Source of the DNA: Minutocellus sp. GHC0000111
Lineage: Eukaryota
Direction: 5' to 3'
Assembly: GCA_977018835.1 (NCBI GenBank)
Contig: OZ361256.1
Coordinates: 2,108,001 to 2,172,000 of the forward strand
DNA: 64,000 nt
The number at the start of each line of letters is the position of its first letter. Positions within the stretch are counted from its first letter, which is position 1. Below, in pieces: positions 9,533 through 19,479 of this stretch. Both the position numbers and the translations under genes were made by a program. The notes beneath the pieces are model-generated. The model was not told the origin of the DNA and ran no database searches. It worked only from the letters and a program-made list of their open reading frames with translations.

Positions 9533-10846
9533 TCACACTTTGGAGAACCTGGGTGAGCGGCTCCTAACGAAGAAGCGACGTTCGTCGGCAACATGTAGAA
9601 ATGCCTCCAAAGTTATTCCATCGATCTCGTCAAATTTCCCCCCAACATTTTGCTGGAATTCATAGGACCGAGAGTACAGCTCGTCAATCTCACAGCGAGG
9701 TATTCCTTGCCACAACGCCTCCATCACGGCATCGAATTGTGGAAAGTTGATTCCACCAGTAGCTGTCTTACAAGAATCTCCTGGCTTATGTTCAGACCTT
9801 GGACTGTAGCCTGTCAAAGCTCCCGCAGATGCAGTCTCAAACAACAGTCGGGCCAATGATTTGCGTCTGCTTACCTCACGACAGTATTCCCGAGCAGCCA
9901 CCAATACCAACCACTGAAATAGATCGACGTGTAATTCGACTTGATCGCCTTCTCCTGATTTCTCGACTGCAAGATCCATCGTCCTCTGGGTGAGTGAATC
10001 AAGATCACAAGAAGGCAGACCTTGGCTCTCGATATTGCTTGTCGTGGAAGTAAAAACTCTGGACGTCAGCTCGAGAGCAACTGGGAGAGGAAGGAGTACC
10101 GAATCTGCGACCGAAGATGACAACGACAAGAGATCCATTTCTGTTTCATTTTGCACCTCAATCAGAACTTCCAACACAAAGACAAGAGCGTTTTGGCCGT
10201 TGAATTCGTCAAGAAGCTCAAAGAATAACGATGCTTCGGCGTCTTCCTCGGCCATCATTTGTTTAACACCATGGTAAAGTGCCCACCGATCACCATCTCT
10301 CGCCTCTTGATCTGGGTCGCTGCACAGCGAAAGGCCTTCCACGAGTCTGCTGTTGTCATAATCACGGCCCAGGTCTTCTTTATCAAAGAAGCGGTAGGCA
10401 AGAATCGGAAAAGAAATGGCGATTGAAGTGCGGCCGTCGTTATCATCTTTTGCTGCCTTCTCGACCTCAACAGCCTTTGCAAGGATTGATCTCATGGTCT
10501 TTCGTACGAGTAGCCATTGAGCGTCGTGTACTTTATTTGCCAGGGGACCACCAGTACCTTCAGTGACATCGGGTGGTGGAGGAAGCAGCGAGCGATACTT
10601 GTGACACGGTAATGACTTCAACGAATGCTTAAATTCTTTACTGGCTTCTGATTGGAGAGCGGCATGCATATTGCCAATATCGTCTATTTGTTGTTTCCAG
10701 AGGACCTTGCCTGTCGAAGTGATCCTGCTGAGGTAAATGGAAGAAGTAAGCTTCTCCATGTATGGGATTCCGTCCTCCTCATCATCGCTCGACTCTTCCT
10801 CCACTATCTCTCCGTATTTAGTTGTGTAAGTCTCAGAGGATGCCAT
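9533..10846 (-). CDS. Hypothetical protein, possible degenerate EF-hand pair at the C-terminus
   Basis: 437-aa ATG-initiated ORF. C-terminal INFPQFDAVM..ITLEAFLHVAD. Confidence 0.7.
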   Translation of the reverse strand: MASSETYTTKYGEIVEEESSDDEEDGIPYMEKLTSSIYLSRITSTGKVLWKQQIDDIGNMHAALQSEASKEFKHSLKSLPCHKYRSLLPPPPDVTEGTGGPLANKVHDAQWLLVRKTMRSILAKAVEVEKAAKDDNDGRTSIAISFPILAYRFFDKEDLGRDYDNSRLVEGLSLCSDPDQEARDGDRWALYHGVKQMMAEEDAEASLFFELLDEFNGQNALVFVLEVLIEVQNETEMDLLSLSSSVADSVLLPLPVALELTSRVFTSTTSNIESQGLPSCDLDSLTQRTMDLAVEKSGEGDQVELHVDLFQWLVLVAAREYCREVSRRKSLARLLFETASAGALTGYSPRSEHKPGDSCKTATGGINFPQFDAVMEALWQGIPRCEIDELYSRSYEFQQNVGGKFDEIDGITLEAFLHVADERRFFVRSRSPRFSKV

Positions 10847-11029
10847 TGTGAGCCTACTAGGTACCTAGCTAGGTACATGAATATGTGCGCAGGCCAGAGC
10901 TGAAGCATCCTCTCTCGCGATCTAGAATGATCACATACAACGTCGTATACATGAAAATAATTCAGCGATTTTGCCTCATTCAAATTTTAACACCATTAAT
11001 CAAAGGCAAACTACATGCTTTGTGTCACG

Positions 11030-14000
11030 CTACAACCCCGCCGACGCCGAGTATTTGCCGACGCTCAATAGGAGATTGGCCTTGGTGTACTGCAGGTCCA
11101 TAATAATCGTCCGTCGGGTTCGGAAGCATTTGACTGGCTCTCTAGCACCGAGGCGGAACTGCTCACCGATGGGTCGACGGGAGAGCTGAGAATCGGTCGG
11201 CAACGACATTGGCCCGGCCGAACCCGATCCACCAGCACTACCGGCACTGCCACCGTAGCCATGAGACTTGGCGTAGTCGGGGTTGGACATGTGACTAGCG
11301 GCACCTCGTACGTCCCAGATTCGCACCGTGCAATCATCTCCTCCGGTTGCCAATGCAGTGCCACACGCGCTATAACTCATGGACTGCACTGCAACCGCTG
11401 TGGTCCCACCAACGCCGCTTTGACCAGCGGGAAGGCGAAGCTCGTTCACCTTTCGGCCGCTACCAAGATCCCAGATATGGACAACTCCACTGTAATCCGA
11501 CGCGGCAGCATATTTGCCGGAAGGACAGATCTTGACAAGATTTAGGCCCGCGCTGACTCCATTGAGAAGACGCACACATCGACCGGTCTGGACGTCCCAC
11601 AAACGTACAGTCTTGTCATCAGCAGCTGTTGCTACGTAGTTGGCGTTGGGATGCCAATCGATAGAATTGACACTGGGACTAAAGTGTCCCGCTAAAATCC
11701 GTACAGGCGAAGAGTTGTCGGTAGTCCAAATACGGGCGGTGGAATCCCAGCCAGCAGATGCGAAAAAATAACCAGAGGGAGCGAAGGAGACGGACCAGAT
11801 GGGAGACGAAGGGGAGTGACCTCGGTAGCAGGCCAGGGCAGCTCCAGATACTTCTACCATGGGCTCTGTTCGCATCCCAGGAACGGATGTATTGGGTTCT
11901 CCATTGTTAGATGGCTTAATTGTGGTGCTGGTTGTTCCAAGAGGGTGTGTCTTCTTCACAACATTGGCCAATCTGCCGAATGGTCCAACAGCGGAGGTAT
12001 CCCAGAGGCGGATTGATCCGTCACCACCAGCACTTAGCAGGGTGCGGCCATCTCGGTTCCAGTCCAGATCGAAGATGGGGAAGCCGTTCTTGTGCCCCAA
12101 GAGAACGATGGCAGATTCCTCGGGCTTGTTGACTGTGTCAGCGGTATCAGAAATACCCTTGGAACTGATGAGAGATCCGCCAACGCCTTTGCCTCCACCA
12201 GACGATGAAGCGGACGTCTTGTCATCGCCACCAATAGTCCAGATTCGAACGGCGGCATCGTCGCACCCAGCAGCGACCCGTCGACGGTCTGGTGGACAGA
12301 GCTTAGCACAGCAAATATCTATTCCTGACTCCTGCAATAGGGTAGATCCAACGGCAGCCCCACCTTCCATGGCGGCAGAGACACCGCCGGCGGTGCCATA
12401 TGACCACGACGGTCCTGAAGAGGGCCTCGCAGCGCAAAGAGTTGAAAGAAGAATGGAGGGAGAATGTGGGTCAGCATATTCGCGGTACGGCTCGGCCTCT
12501 TCTTCCTCTTCATCATCTTCGACTATGGCTGCCGTGTCGCTGATAACCTTTCCGGTATTGGCCGAATAGGATTTGGGCACAGCACCAGGAACTCTCATAC
12601 CGGCCTCGTATTCCCTGCGACACTCCAGCGCCTCGAGACGGCGGAAGCCATTGATGAGCAGAGCACGGTTGAACTCCACCCTGCGCCTCTCTGCCTTGGC
12701 CTCATCCTCAGTCGACACCTCGGTGTTGGGATCGAGGTAAAACTTGGGAAAGGGAAGTGGCTCCGATCGGGTGAGAATCGATTTCTCATCGTCAATTCGC
12801 AAGTCTTCTCCCTCCTCAGCAGCGCGAGAGGTGGGATCGACAGGCGCCGCCCATCGGACGTCCCTGCTCTTGGCTCCGCCAGCGCCATCTTCGTCATCCT
12901 GGAGGAACATGTCTTCCAAAACGACGGATGGGACCACCGGGAGAGGATCTCGCTTCTCACAGCTGAAGTGGCATCGGCTCAGCAACAGGCTCGACATGGG
13001 CAGCAGTACTCCATCTCCCCGACCCAGGTAGGATGCGAGCAGATGGTATGCATGCGTGGACAGTACCATGTGCCATCGGAGGGCCCTCGCCCTCCGCAGA
13101 AAGGGCAGCGTCGCTAGCCGGGCCGAGACCTTGGACGCTCTCTTGGACGCCTCCTTCTCCCGCGCCTCATGCTTGGCAACCTCGGCATCGATCTGCCGGA
13201 TGGAGTCGATGCACGCCTTCTTCTGCTCCGAGTTGAGCTGGGAGGCCTGCTTCATCCGACCGAGGACGGCCACCTTCTTCTTCTTGTAGCTGTGATGCGC
13301 CTGCCGGGCGGCCCGGGCGATGGTGACGGCGTCTCCATGGGCGGCGATGCCCTTGTTCAGCTCGACGACGTGGGCGTTGCTCTTGCACACGTCCAGGTCG
13401 GCCAGCTCGGCGTGGTGCGATGGCTCGTAGATGTGCCGGTAGGTGGCCAAGAGCGACGCGGCCGTGTGGTCCAGATTGAACTCGAGGAGCTCGCAGTAGG
13501 TGTGGACCAGGGCGGCGAACGTCACGGCCAGCAGCTCCGGCTTGCACGATGGAGCGATTTGGGGCGCGGTGGGATAGTACGGTGCGTGGTGTTGAGGACG
13601 CTGTTGCTGTTGTTGGTGCTGCTCAACCTTGGCACTGGCATTTGTGGTGACTGTGGTGGCAGCTGCAGCAGCATCCGGAATCACATGCACCTTCTTTGCT
13701 TCGTCTCCTTCATCTGCTGCCCCCTTGCCATCTCCAGCCGCAGCCGCAGCCACAGCCTCCATCGCTGCTGTTGCTTTTGCCTCGGCCGCCACCTGCTGGG
13801 CCCGTTCCACTACCGATCCCACCGTGGCCGTCGTAACATTGGTGCCAGTACCTCCCCCATGAGGAGCAGCACCGGGTGCATCGTCCGGCAACGACAGCAC
13901 CCAGGTCTGCAGCGCCGTGAACGCTCGGACGAACTTGCGCGCCTCATCCTGCCCCCGCCGGTCCTTGTCGTCCTCCGCCTTCTTGTCTTCGGCGGGTGGT

Positions 14001-14707
14001 GGACCAGTGGGAGCGTCTTTCTTATCATCTGCATCCTTTTTATCGGTGGCAGTAGCATCCGCATCTGCATCCGCCGCCACAACGCCCGAAATGGCCTCGG
14101 TGACAATGTCCTCCTCGGTCTCCACCCCGGCGTTGCCGTCGCCGCAGCCCCACATGGCCATGTGCGGCGCCGAATCGAGGTCGTACCCCATTCCCCCGCC
14201 CGTGCTGAGGACGAGGGGGGTCCGGGCGTGCTGCGCCAGCTTGTCCTCCTCGTCGAGGTCCATGGCCACGGCCTCCTCGTCTTCGTCTTCCTCATTGTCG
14301 CCACCGTCGTCACCGTCGCCCTTCTTTCCACCCTTTTTGCTGCCCTTTTTGGATTTGCCCTTTTTGGACGAGGCATCCTTGTCCTTGTCACCCTCCTTCT
14401 CTGCCTCGGCCTCCTCGGCCTGCTGCTCCTTCCACCTCTTCTCGGCGCGGAGGCTCCGTCCGAGCTCTATCGCCGCCCCGTCCAAACCGCGCTTGCGCAG
14501 GTAGGCCAGAACGGCCTCGTCGGAGGGGTCCGACGCGGCATCGTTGTTGTTTCTGTCACCGTTGTTGGTGGTGGTGGTGGCGGCGTTGCCGGCGGTGGTG
14601 GTACTCTGCTCGGCGGCGGCGGCCTGCTGGGCATCGTCCGACGGTGCCGGTGCGGCGGCAGCGGCGGACTTTTTGCTGGTGCCTCCGCGAGACGATCGAC
14701 GGCTCAT
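11030..14707 (-). CDS. TAF5: TFIID subunit 5 (LisH/NTD plus WD40 propeller), copy B, complete
   Basis: ~1225-aa intronless ORF. WD40 repeats typical of TAF5 (IWSVSFAPSGYFFASAGWDSTARIW; WHPNANYVATAADDKTVRLWDVQTGRCVRLL). Confidence 0.9.
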   Translation of the reverse strand: MSRRSSRGGTSKKSAAAAAPAPSDDAQQAAAAEQSTTTAGNAATTTTNNGDRNNNDAASDPSDEAVLAYLRKRGLDGAAIELGRSLRAEKRWKEQQAEEAEAEKEGDKDKDASSKKGKSKKGSKKGGKKGDGDDGGDNEEDEDEEAVAMDLDEEDKLAQHARTPLVLSTGGGMGYDLDSAPHMAMWGCGDGNAGVETEEDIVTEAISGVVAADADADATATDKKDADDKKDAPTGPPPAEDKKAEDDKDRRGQDEARKFVRAFTALQTWVLSLPDDAPGAAPHGGGTGTNVTTATVGSVVERAQQVAAEAKATAAMEAVAAAAAGDGKGAADEGDEAKKVHVIPDAAAAATTVTTNASAKVEQHQQQQQRPQHHAPYYPTAPQIAPSCKPELLAVTFAALVHTYCELLEFNLDHTAASLLATYRHIYEPSHHAELADLDVCKSNAHVVELNKGIAAHGDAVTIARAARQAHHSYKKKKVAVLGRMKQASQLNSEQKKACIDSIRQIDAEVAKHEAREKEASKRASKVSARLATLPFLRRARALRWHMVLSTHAYHLLASYLGRGDGVLLPMSSLLLSRCHFSCEKRDPLPVVPSVVLEDMFLQDDEDGAGGAKSRDVRWAAPVDPTSRAAEEGEDLRIDDEKSILTRSEPLPFPKFYLDPNTEVSTEDEAKAERRRVEFNRALLINGFRRLEALECRREYEAGMRVPGAVPKSYSANTGKVISDTAAIVEDDEEEEEAEPYREYADPHSPSILLSTLCAARPSSGPSWSYGTAGGVSAAMEGGAAVGSTLLQESGIDICCAKLCPPDRRRVAAGCDDAAVRIWTIGGDDKTSASSSGGGKGVGGSLISSKGISDTADTVNKPEESAIVLLGHKNGFPIFDLDWNRDGRTLLSAGGDGSIRLWDTSAVGPFGRLANVVKKTHPLGTTSTTIKPSNNGEPNTSVPGMRTEPMVEVSGAALACYRGHSPSSPIWSVSFAPSGYFFASAGWDSTARIWTTDNSSPVRILAGHFSPSVNSIDWHPNANYVATAADDKTVRLWDVQTGRCVRLLNGVSAGLNLVKICPSGKYAAASDYSGVVHIWDLGSGRKVNELRLPAGQSGVGGTTAVAVQSMSYSACGTALATGGDDCTVRIWDVRGAASHMSNPDYAKSHGYGGSAGSAGGSGSAGPMSLPTDSQLSRRPIGEQFRLGAREPVKCFRTRRTIIMDLQYTKANLLLSVGKYSASAGL

Positions 14708-15465
14708 GACGGTGGCCGATTCCCTCCTTTCCAATTCCGATGGTTTGTCAATGCAATTACGACGTCCGGTGGTATCTTTACCCCCTTACTTGGTCGAGTG
14801 AGCGGATTTTATGGATCGGAGGATGATGATGCGTCGTGCCGGACTGGGACCATTGGTGCCCAGAAAGCAACGGGCTCGAAGTATCCAACGAAGCAAGCAA
14901 CGCTGAACGATCCAAAGCCCCGCAGGATACCAAAGGCAACGGCAGAAAGCGAAGGGGGCTTGAGACAAGCTTCACACCAGACTCTAGCCTACCAGTCAAC
15001 GTTGTGGCCACCCACCATCGGCCATCGTCGGCTCGTCGTGCTTGTGGCAGAAGGTGTATTTTGAGTTTTCTCAAAGATGACGTCATGCAGACGACGACTG
15101 CAAAAACCTCTCATTTTCGACCCAAGTTGCGTTGGCAGAGGGTCGGTAGCTCCGGTATCAACATCTCCCTCCTTGCCAAGCAAAGAGAGCCAAACCCCAA
15201 AGATACATACGTTCGGGCGGGAGCGAGGCAATACAGGCTGGTTTTCCTGGGCCCGTGCTCCTTTTTTGGGTTTCTACGTAGGCCGCCTTTCTACATCACG
15301 GCGAAAAAGCAGCACATCTTTTGGGTTGTTCAAGAGGGCGAGAGAGGTGACAGCTTCGCTTCGCTTCGCTTCGCTTTGGTTAGTGTATTGGTTTGCGTAG
15401 ATTTGTCGCTAGCTAGGAGGTGAATTCCATTTCTAGTTGTCGTCGGTTGCTTCGTACCAATCAGC

Positions 15466-17468
15466 ATGGATCAGCTCACGGCGAATCTCGGCCAGCTGTC
15501 CACTACCGCGAGAGAGTGGACTCCCGGCGGTGGCGCTACTGCTACTGGCGGCAATACCAACACCGGTGGAAGCGCCCCCAACTCCCCCCTCCGTCCGGCC
15601 ATGCCCGGACCGTCCGCCACGGCCAACGAGTGGCAGCCCCTGCCGCAGGCGCAGAACGTCGGCGGGGCGGCTGGTGGGCTGCAGGGACTGGGCAAGACGC
15701 GCGGAGGCGGTGGTGGTGGGCTGATGCTCGGCCATAGCGGCGCGGCGGCCGGCCATGGCGGCAGGGCCGTTTCGGCGGACAGCGCCGGCGTAGGAGGAGG
15801 AGGAGCCGCCAAGGAGTTTGTTCCGGGAGTGGGTCTGCGATCGGCCTCGGAGGGCGATGGGATTCGCGAGTTTGTCCCCGGTGTGGGCATGACCACAGGC
15901 GAGGTGTCTCAGCAGCAGCAGCAGCAGCAGGAAATGGCTGCCAACACTGCCACAGCCGGCCCCACCACGACGGGTGCACCCCCGCCGCCCGCCACCTCCC
16001 TCTCCTCCGCCCGCACCCTGCACAGCCTCGGCCTGCCGGAAGACCTGTGGGCGCACTACCGCGATCTCGACATGGAATCCAGCCGGCAGATGGACCCGAC
16101 CGACCCGCGTCATCGGGCCGTCCCCCCTGGCTACGTCGGTGCGTACCCCCTCGACCTCGACGAGCAGCGCGATCCCGGCATCAGCAACAAGAAGCGATCG
16201 ACCTTTGGATATCCCACCATGTGCTTTCGGGTGACGTCGCAGGACGACGGGCGGTTGTACTGCTTGAGAAGGATGGACTCCGTCCGATGCGTCAGTCCCA
16301 AGATTGCCGCCAGCGTCAAGGAGGTTTGGGTCAGTGCAGTCGATCCCAGTTTGAGTGGCAACTCGCGCAACAGCAGTGCCGCCGCCAATGCCGCGGCGGG
16401 CATCCCACCGCCCCGGTTGGTCGATCATCCCAACATGGTGCGATTCTACAAGGCCTTTGTGTCGCAACGAGCGGTCTTCTTTGTCCACAGGTACCATCCG
16501 GGTGCACGGACTTTGCTGGAACGGTACCTGCAGGGTGGCGTCCCCCTGCCATTGCCGGAGGATTTGCTATGGAGCATCGTGACGCAGCTGGTCGGTGTCG
16601 TCAAGGCCGTCCATGGGTCCAACCTGGCCGTCCGGACGTTGCAGATGAACCACATCCTTTGTACCACCGAGGCTGGGATTGGTGCCGTCGGTGCGGCCAG
16701 CAGTCCCGTCGGTGGCCGAGTTCGCATCCGTGTCAATTGCATCGGCATTCCCGATGCCTTGGAGTTTGAAGCACGCAAGCCGTTGGCGGACCTTCAGAGG
16801 GAGGATATGTTTTCCCTGGGACGTGTCATCAGGCGACTGGTACGGAGATCTTGCCCGCTGATATTACCAACAACCAAACCATGGCCCAGTGCGAGCAGTA
16901 CATTTCCGGTCAGTACAGTCGATCTCTGCTATCGTTGATTATGAACTTGGTCCGTCCACGGAACATGACTAATGATCCACCGACCATCTTTGACGTGGCG
17001 GGTATGGTCGCTCAGCGCGCCTTTGACGAACTGTCAGCCGCCCAGATTGCAGTAGATAAGGTGGACGAATCACTTGCCAATGAGTACGAAGCAGGCCGCG
17101 CCCTCCGGCTGCTGCTCAAGTTGGGCTTCATCAACGAACGACCCGAGTTTGGCGTGGACAGTCGCTGGTCCGAGACCGGCGACAACTACGTCCTCAAACT
17201 CTTTCGGGACTTTGTCTTTCATCAGGCGGATGGCAATGGCCGGCCAGTTATGGACCTTGGCCATGTCGTGACGGCACTTAACAAGCTCGATGCCGCCGAT
17301 GACGAGAAGATCGTCTTGGTTTCCAGGGATGGTAGGAATGTCTTGGTGGTGAGTTATGCCGACGTTGCTCGATGCCTGGAGAATGCGTATGGAGAACTGT
17401 GCGATGGTTCTGTCCCTCCAGCGAGTATAAGGGCACCGCCGATGGGTGGTGGTTCGAGGGGTTATTGA
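15466..17468 (+). pseudogene. PAN3: PAN3 copy B, frameshifted
   Basis: tgtcgtt (3700-3706 in copy A) is missing between 16831 and 16832. The ORF ends at 16938, before the PAN2-binding C-terminal domain. Confidence 0.85.
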
Positions 17469-17724
17469 GAGGAGGAAAGGGGGGAGAGCGTAAGCGGGCG
17501 GTAACGAAAGTATAAAGAAAAGAATACTAAAGTTATAAAAAGGAAGATTAATTGTTATTGCTGCGTACAACATGTTGATTCAAACCCCCTTTTGGCTCTA
17601 TTGTTTTGTCCAGGAGAACATACATTGTACTCTTTTTCTATGATGTGATATAATTAGAGTAATAATATGTCATTCAACTTTCGTCCTTGGACGATTGACT
17701 ACTAGTACTAGACAGTAGAAACTC

Positions 17725-18286
17725 CTAGTCCATTAGATCAACCTCAAAGCCTGTGAACCTCACCTCCCTAATCTCCTCATCTCGAAAGTCAGTTTCGACG
17801 ATGAACCCCGGCAGATTTGGGTTTGGAACAGGACCAAAGGTCATGTGCAAGGAAATCCTCCCTACCACCCCACAATCCTCCAACACCATGTGTGTCAGGC
17901 TCAAACATATAGTAAACCTCGAAATACTCGTCACCCACAGAGCTCAGTGCGTCCGATTCATGGTATTCGGACAAAACTGCAACAAGAATTCCATTTAGGC
18001 GGATTTCGGCCTCTGCTACCTTGGTGATGGGACAAAGTGTCGGGTCGTCACATGTAAGTGTTAGCTCATGCTCTCTAAAAGCGAAATCGTCGATATATTC
18101 AGCTCTCGCCATCTTGCCATGCGCATACACCGGCGAGCCGCCCTTTCCAGCTATCTCGACCCTGCCATTTCTCGATGCGTACTCCAGTGCCTTGGTGCGT
18201 TCTGCTTCGAGCTCCTCTTTTTTCTTTTGAAGCTCGGCCACCTTTTCCTTGAAGACGGCGGCTACAAATTTGACTAGATCGAACAT
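17725..18286 (-). pseudogene. Copy B of the 194-aa hypothetical gene, frameshifted
   Basis: In-frame 24-bp deletion (5108-5131 of copy A) plus a 1-bp C insertion near 17860 that shifts the last ~45 codons. Confidence 0.75.
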
Positions 18287-18537
18287 TGCGCTTCGATGGT
18301 TACTCTTGCTTGTAGGACCGACCCTGTAGTGAACATTTGAAGTTCGAAATGTAAAATTTGTTTTGAAAATACTACGATCGTAGCCAGTAGGAATTCCTAC
18401 ATCTGCCGAATCGATCGAAAATATTTTTCTTTATTTACGTAAGCCTGTATGTCTATGTTTTAATGCGACTTGACAAACATACAGCGCCTCTATGCTGCCC
18501 AGGCCCAATCGCCAAATCTATAAATCGACATGCGAGC

Positions 18538-19281
18538 CTAAGCCTTGGCATTACGGGCGGCCCGACGGTCGGCACGGCTGGTGGCGTGATAACCGGTACG
18601 GATGGGGGCGACGGAACGGCTGGAGCCGCAGTCGGAGCAGTTGCAAAAGTGGAGACGGGTGGCCTGGTCCTTGACGAGCTCGGTGTTGGGACTGCGGCAC
18701 ATCTGGCAGGTGACGTACTCGACGATGTACTTGCGCAGCAGGGATTCGATGTACTTGGGCACGTACTTGCCCCGGATGACGAGGCGCTGGTTGCCATCGA
18801 TCGACCCCTCGGTACCGAGCTCGGCCATGAAGAACTGGAAGACGTGCTCGGGGGGACGCTGCATCATGGTGCAGATCTCCTGGAAGTTGACCCACAGGGT
18901 CTTCTTGGTGCCGACGCGGGTGAGCTGGGGGGGCTTCATGTTGCGCCGCTTCTTCTCGATGAGGTCGGGGTTGTGCGCGTGGAGGATGCCCACGACGCGG
19001 TCGAGGAGCTCGGAGTAGGTGTAGTCGGCCTTGCGGTCGTGGGGGTCCTCGGTGACCTCCTGGCGGGCCTCGTCCTCGGCGACGATGGTGCGCTGGGCGG
19101 CCAGGTCCTCCTCGGAGGCACCGGCATCGGCGGCCCCACTGGAGGCGTCTCCCCCTCCGCTGGAGGACGACTTGGACTTGCTGCTGCTGGACTTCTCCTT
19201 GTCCTTGGACTTCTTCTTTTTCTTCTTCTTCTTGCTCAGGTCGAGCATGGCGGCCATTTCGGCCTCCTCTTCGGCGCTCAT
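18538..19281 (-). CDS. EIF2S2: Translation initiation factor eIF2 beta subunit, intact
   Basis: MSAEEEAEM.. start at 19281; poly-Lys box; YTYSELLDRV; FFMAELGTEGSIDG; zinc ribbon CQMC..CSDCG. Confidence 0.95.
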   Translation of the reverse strand: MSAEEEAEMAAMLDLSKKKKKKKKSKDKEKSSSSKSKSSSSGGGDASSGAADAGASEEDLAAQRTIVAEDEARQEVTEDPHDRKADYTYSELLDRVVGILHAHNPDLIEKKRRNMKPPQLTRVGTKKTLWVNFQEICTMMQRPPEHVFQFFMAELGTEGSIDGNQRLVIRGKYVPKYIESLLRKYIVEYVTCQMCRSPNTELVKDQATRLHFCNCSDCGSSRSVAPIRTGYHATSRADRRAARNAKA

Positions 19282-19479
19282 GGTTGCTGGTGGGGTTGGG
19301 GGTAGCGAACAAGAAAACAGCGGGCTTCTTTGTCTGCCGGCTCGTGCAAGTTTTGTCACGTCATGGTTGCAGCGCGGGCAAAACACCCGGATTTTCAATT
19401 AGGATATGAGCCAAGCTCACGCTGATGAGCGATGAAGGCCGCTCATCAATCGAAAGGTGGGCATATCACGTGCCAAGCC

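Larger units (their letters stand above)
13133..19113. repeat. Segmental duplication, copy B
   Basis: Near-identical to 1-6010. Differences seen: SNP at 16719, 7-bp deletion at 16831/2, +G near 17480, +C near 17860, 24-bp deletion at 18234/5, SNP near 19098. Confidence 0.97.
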
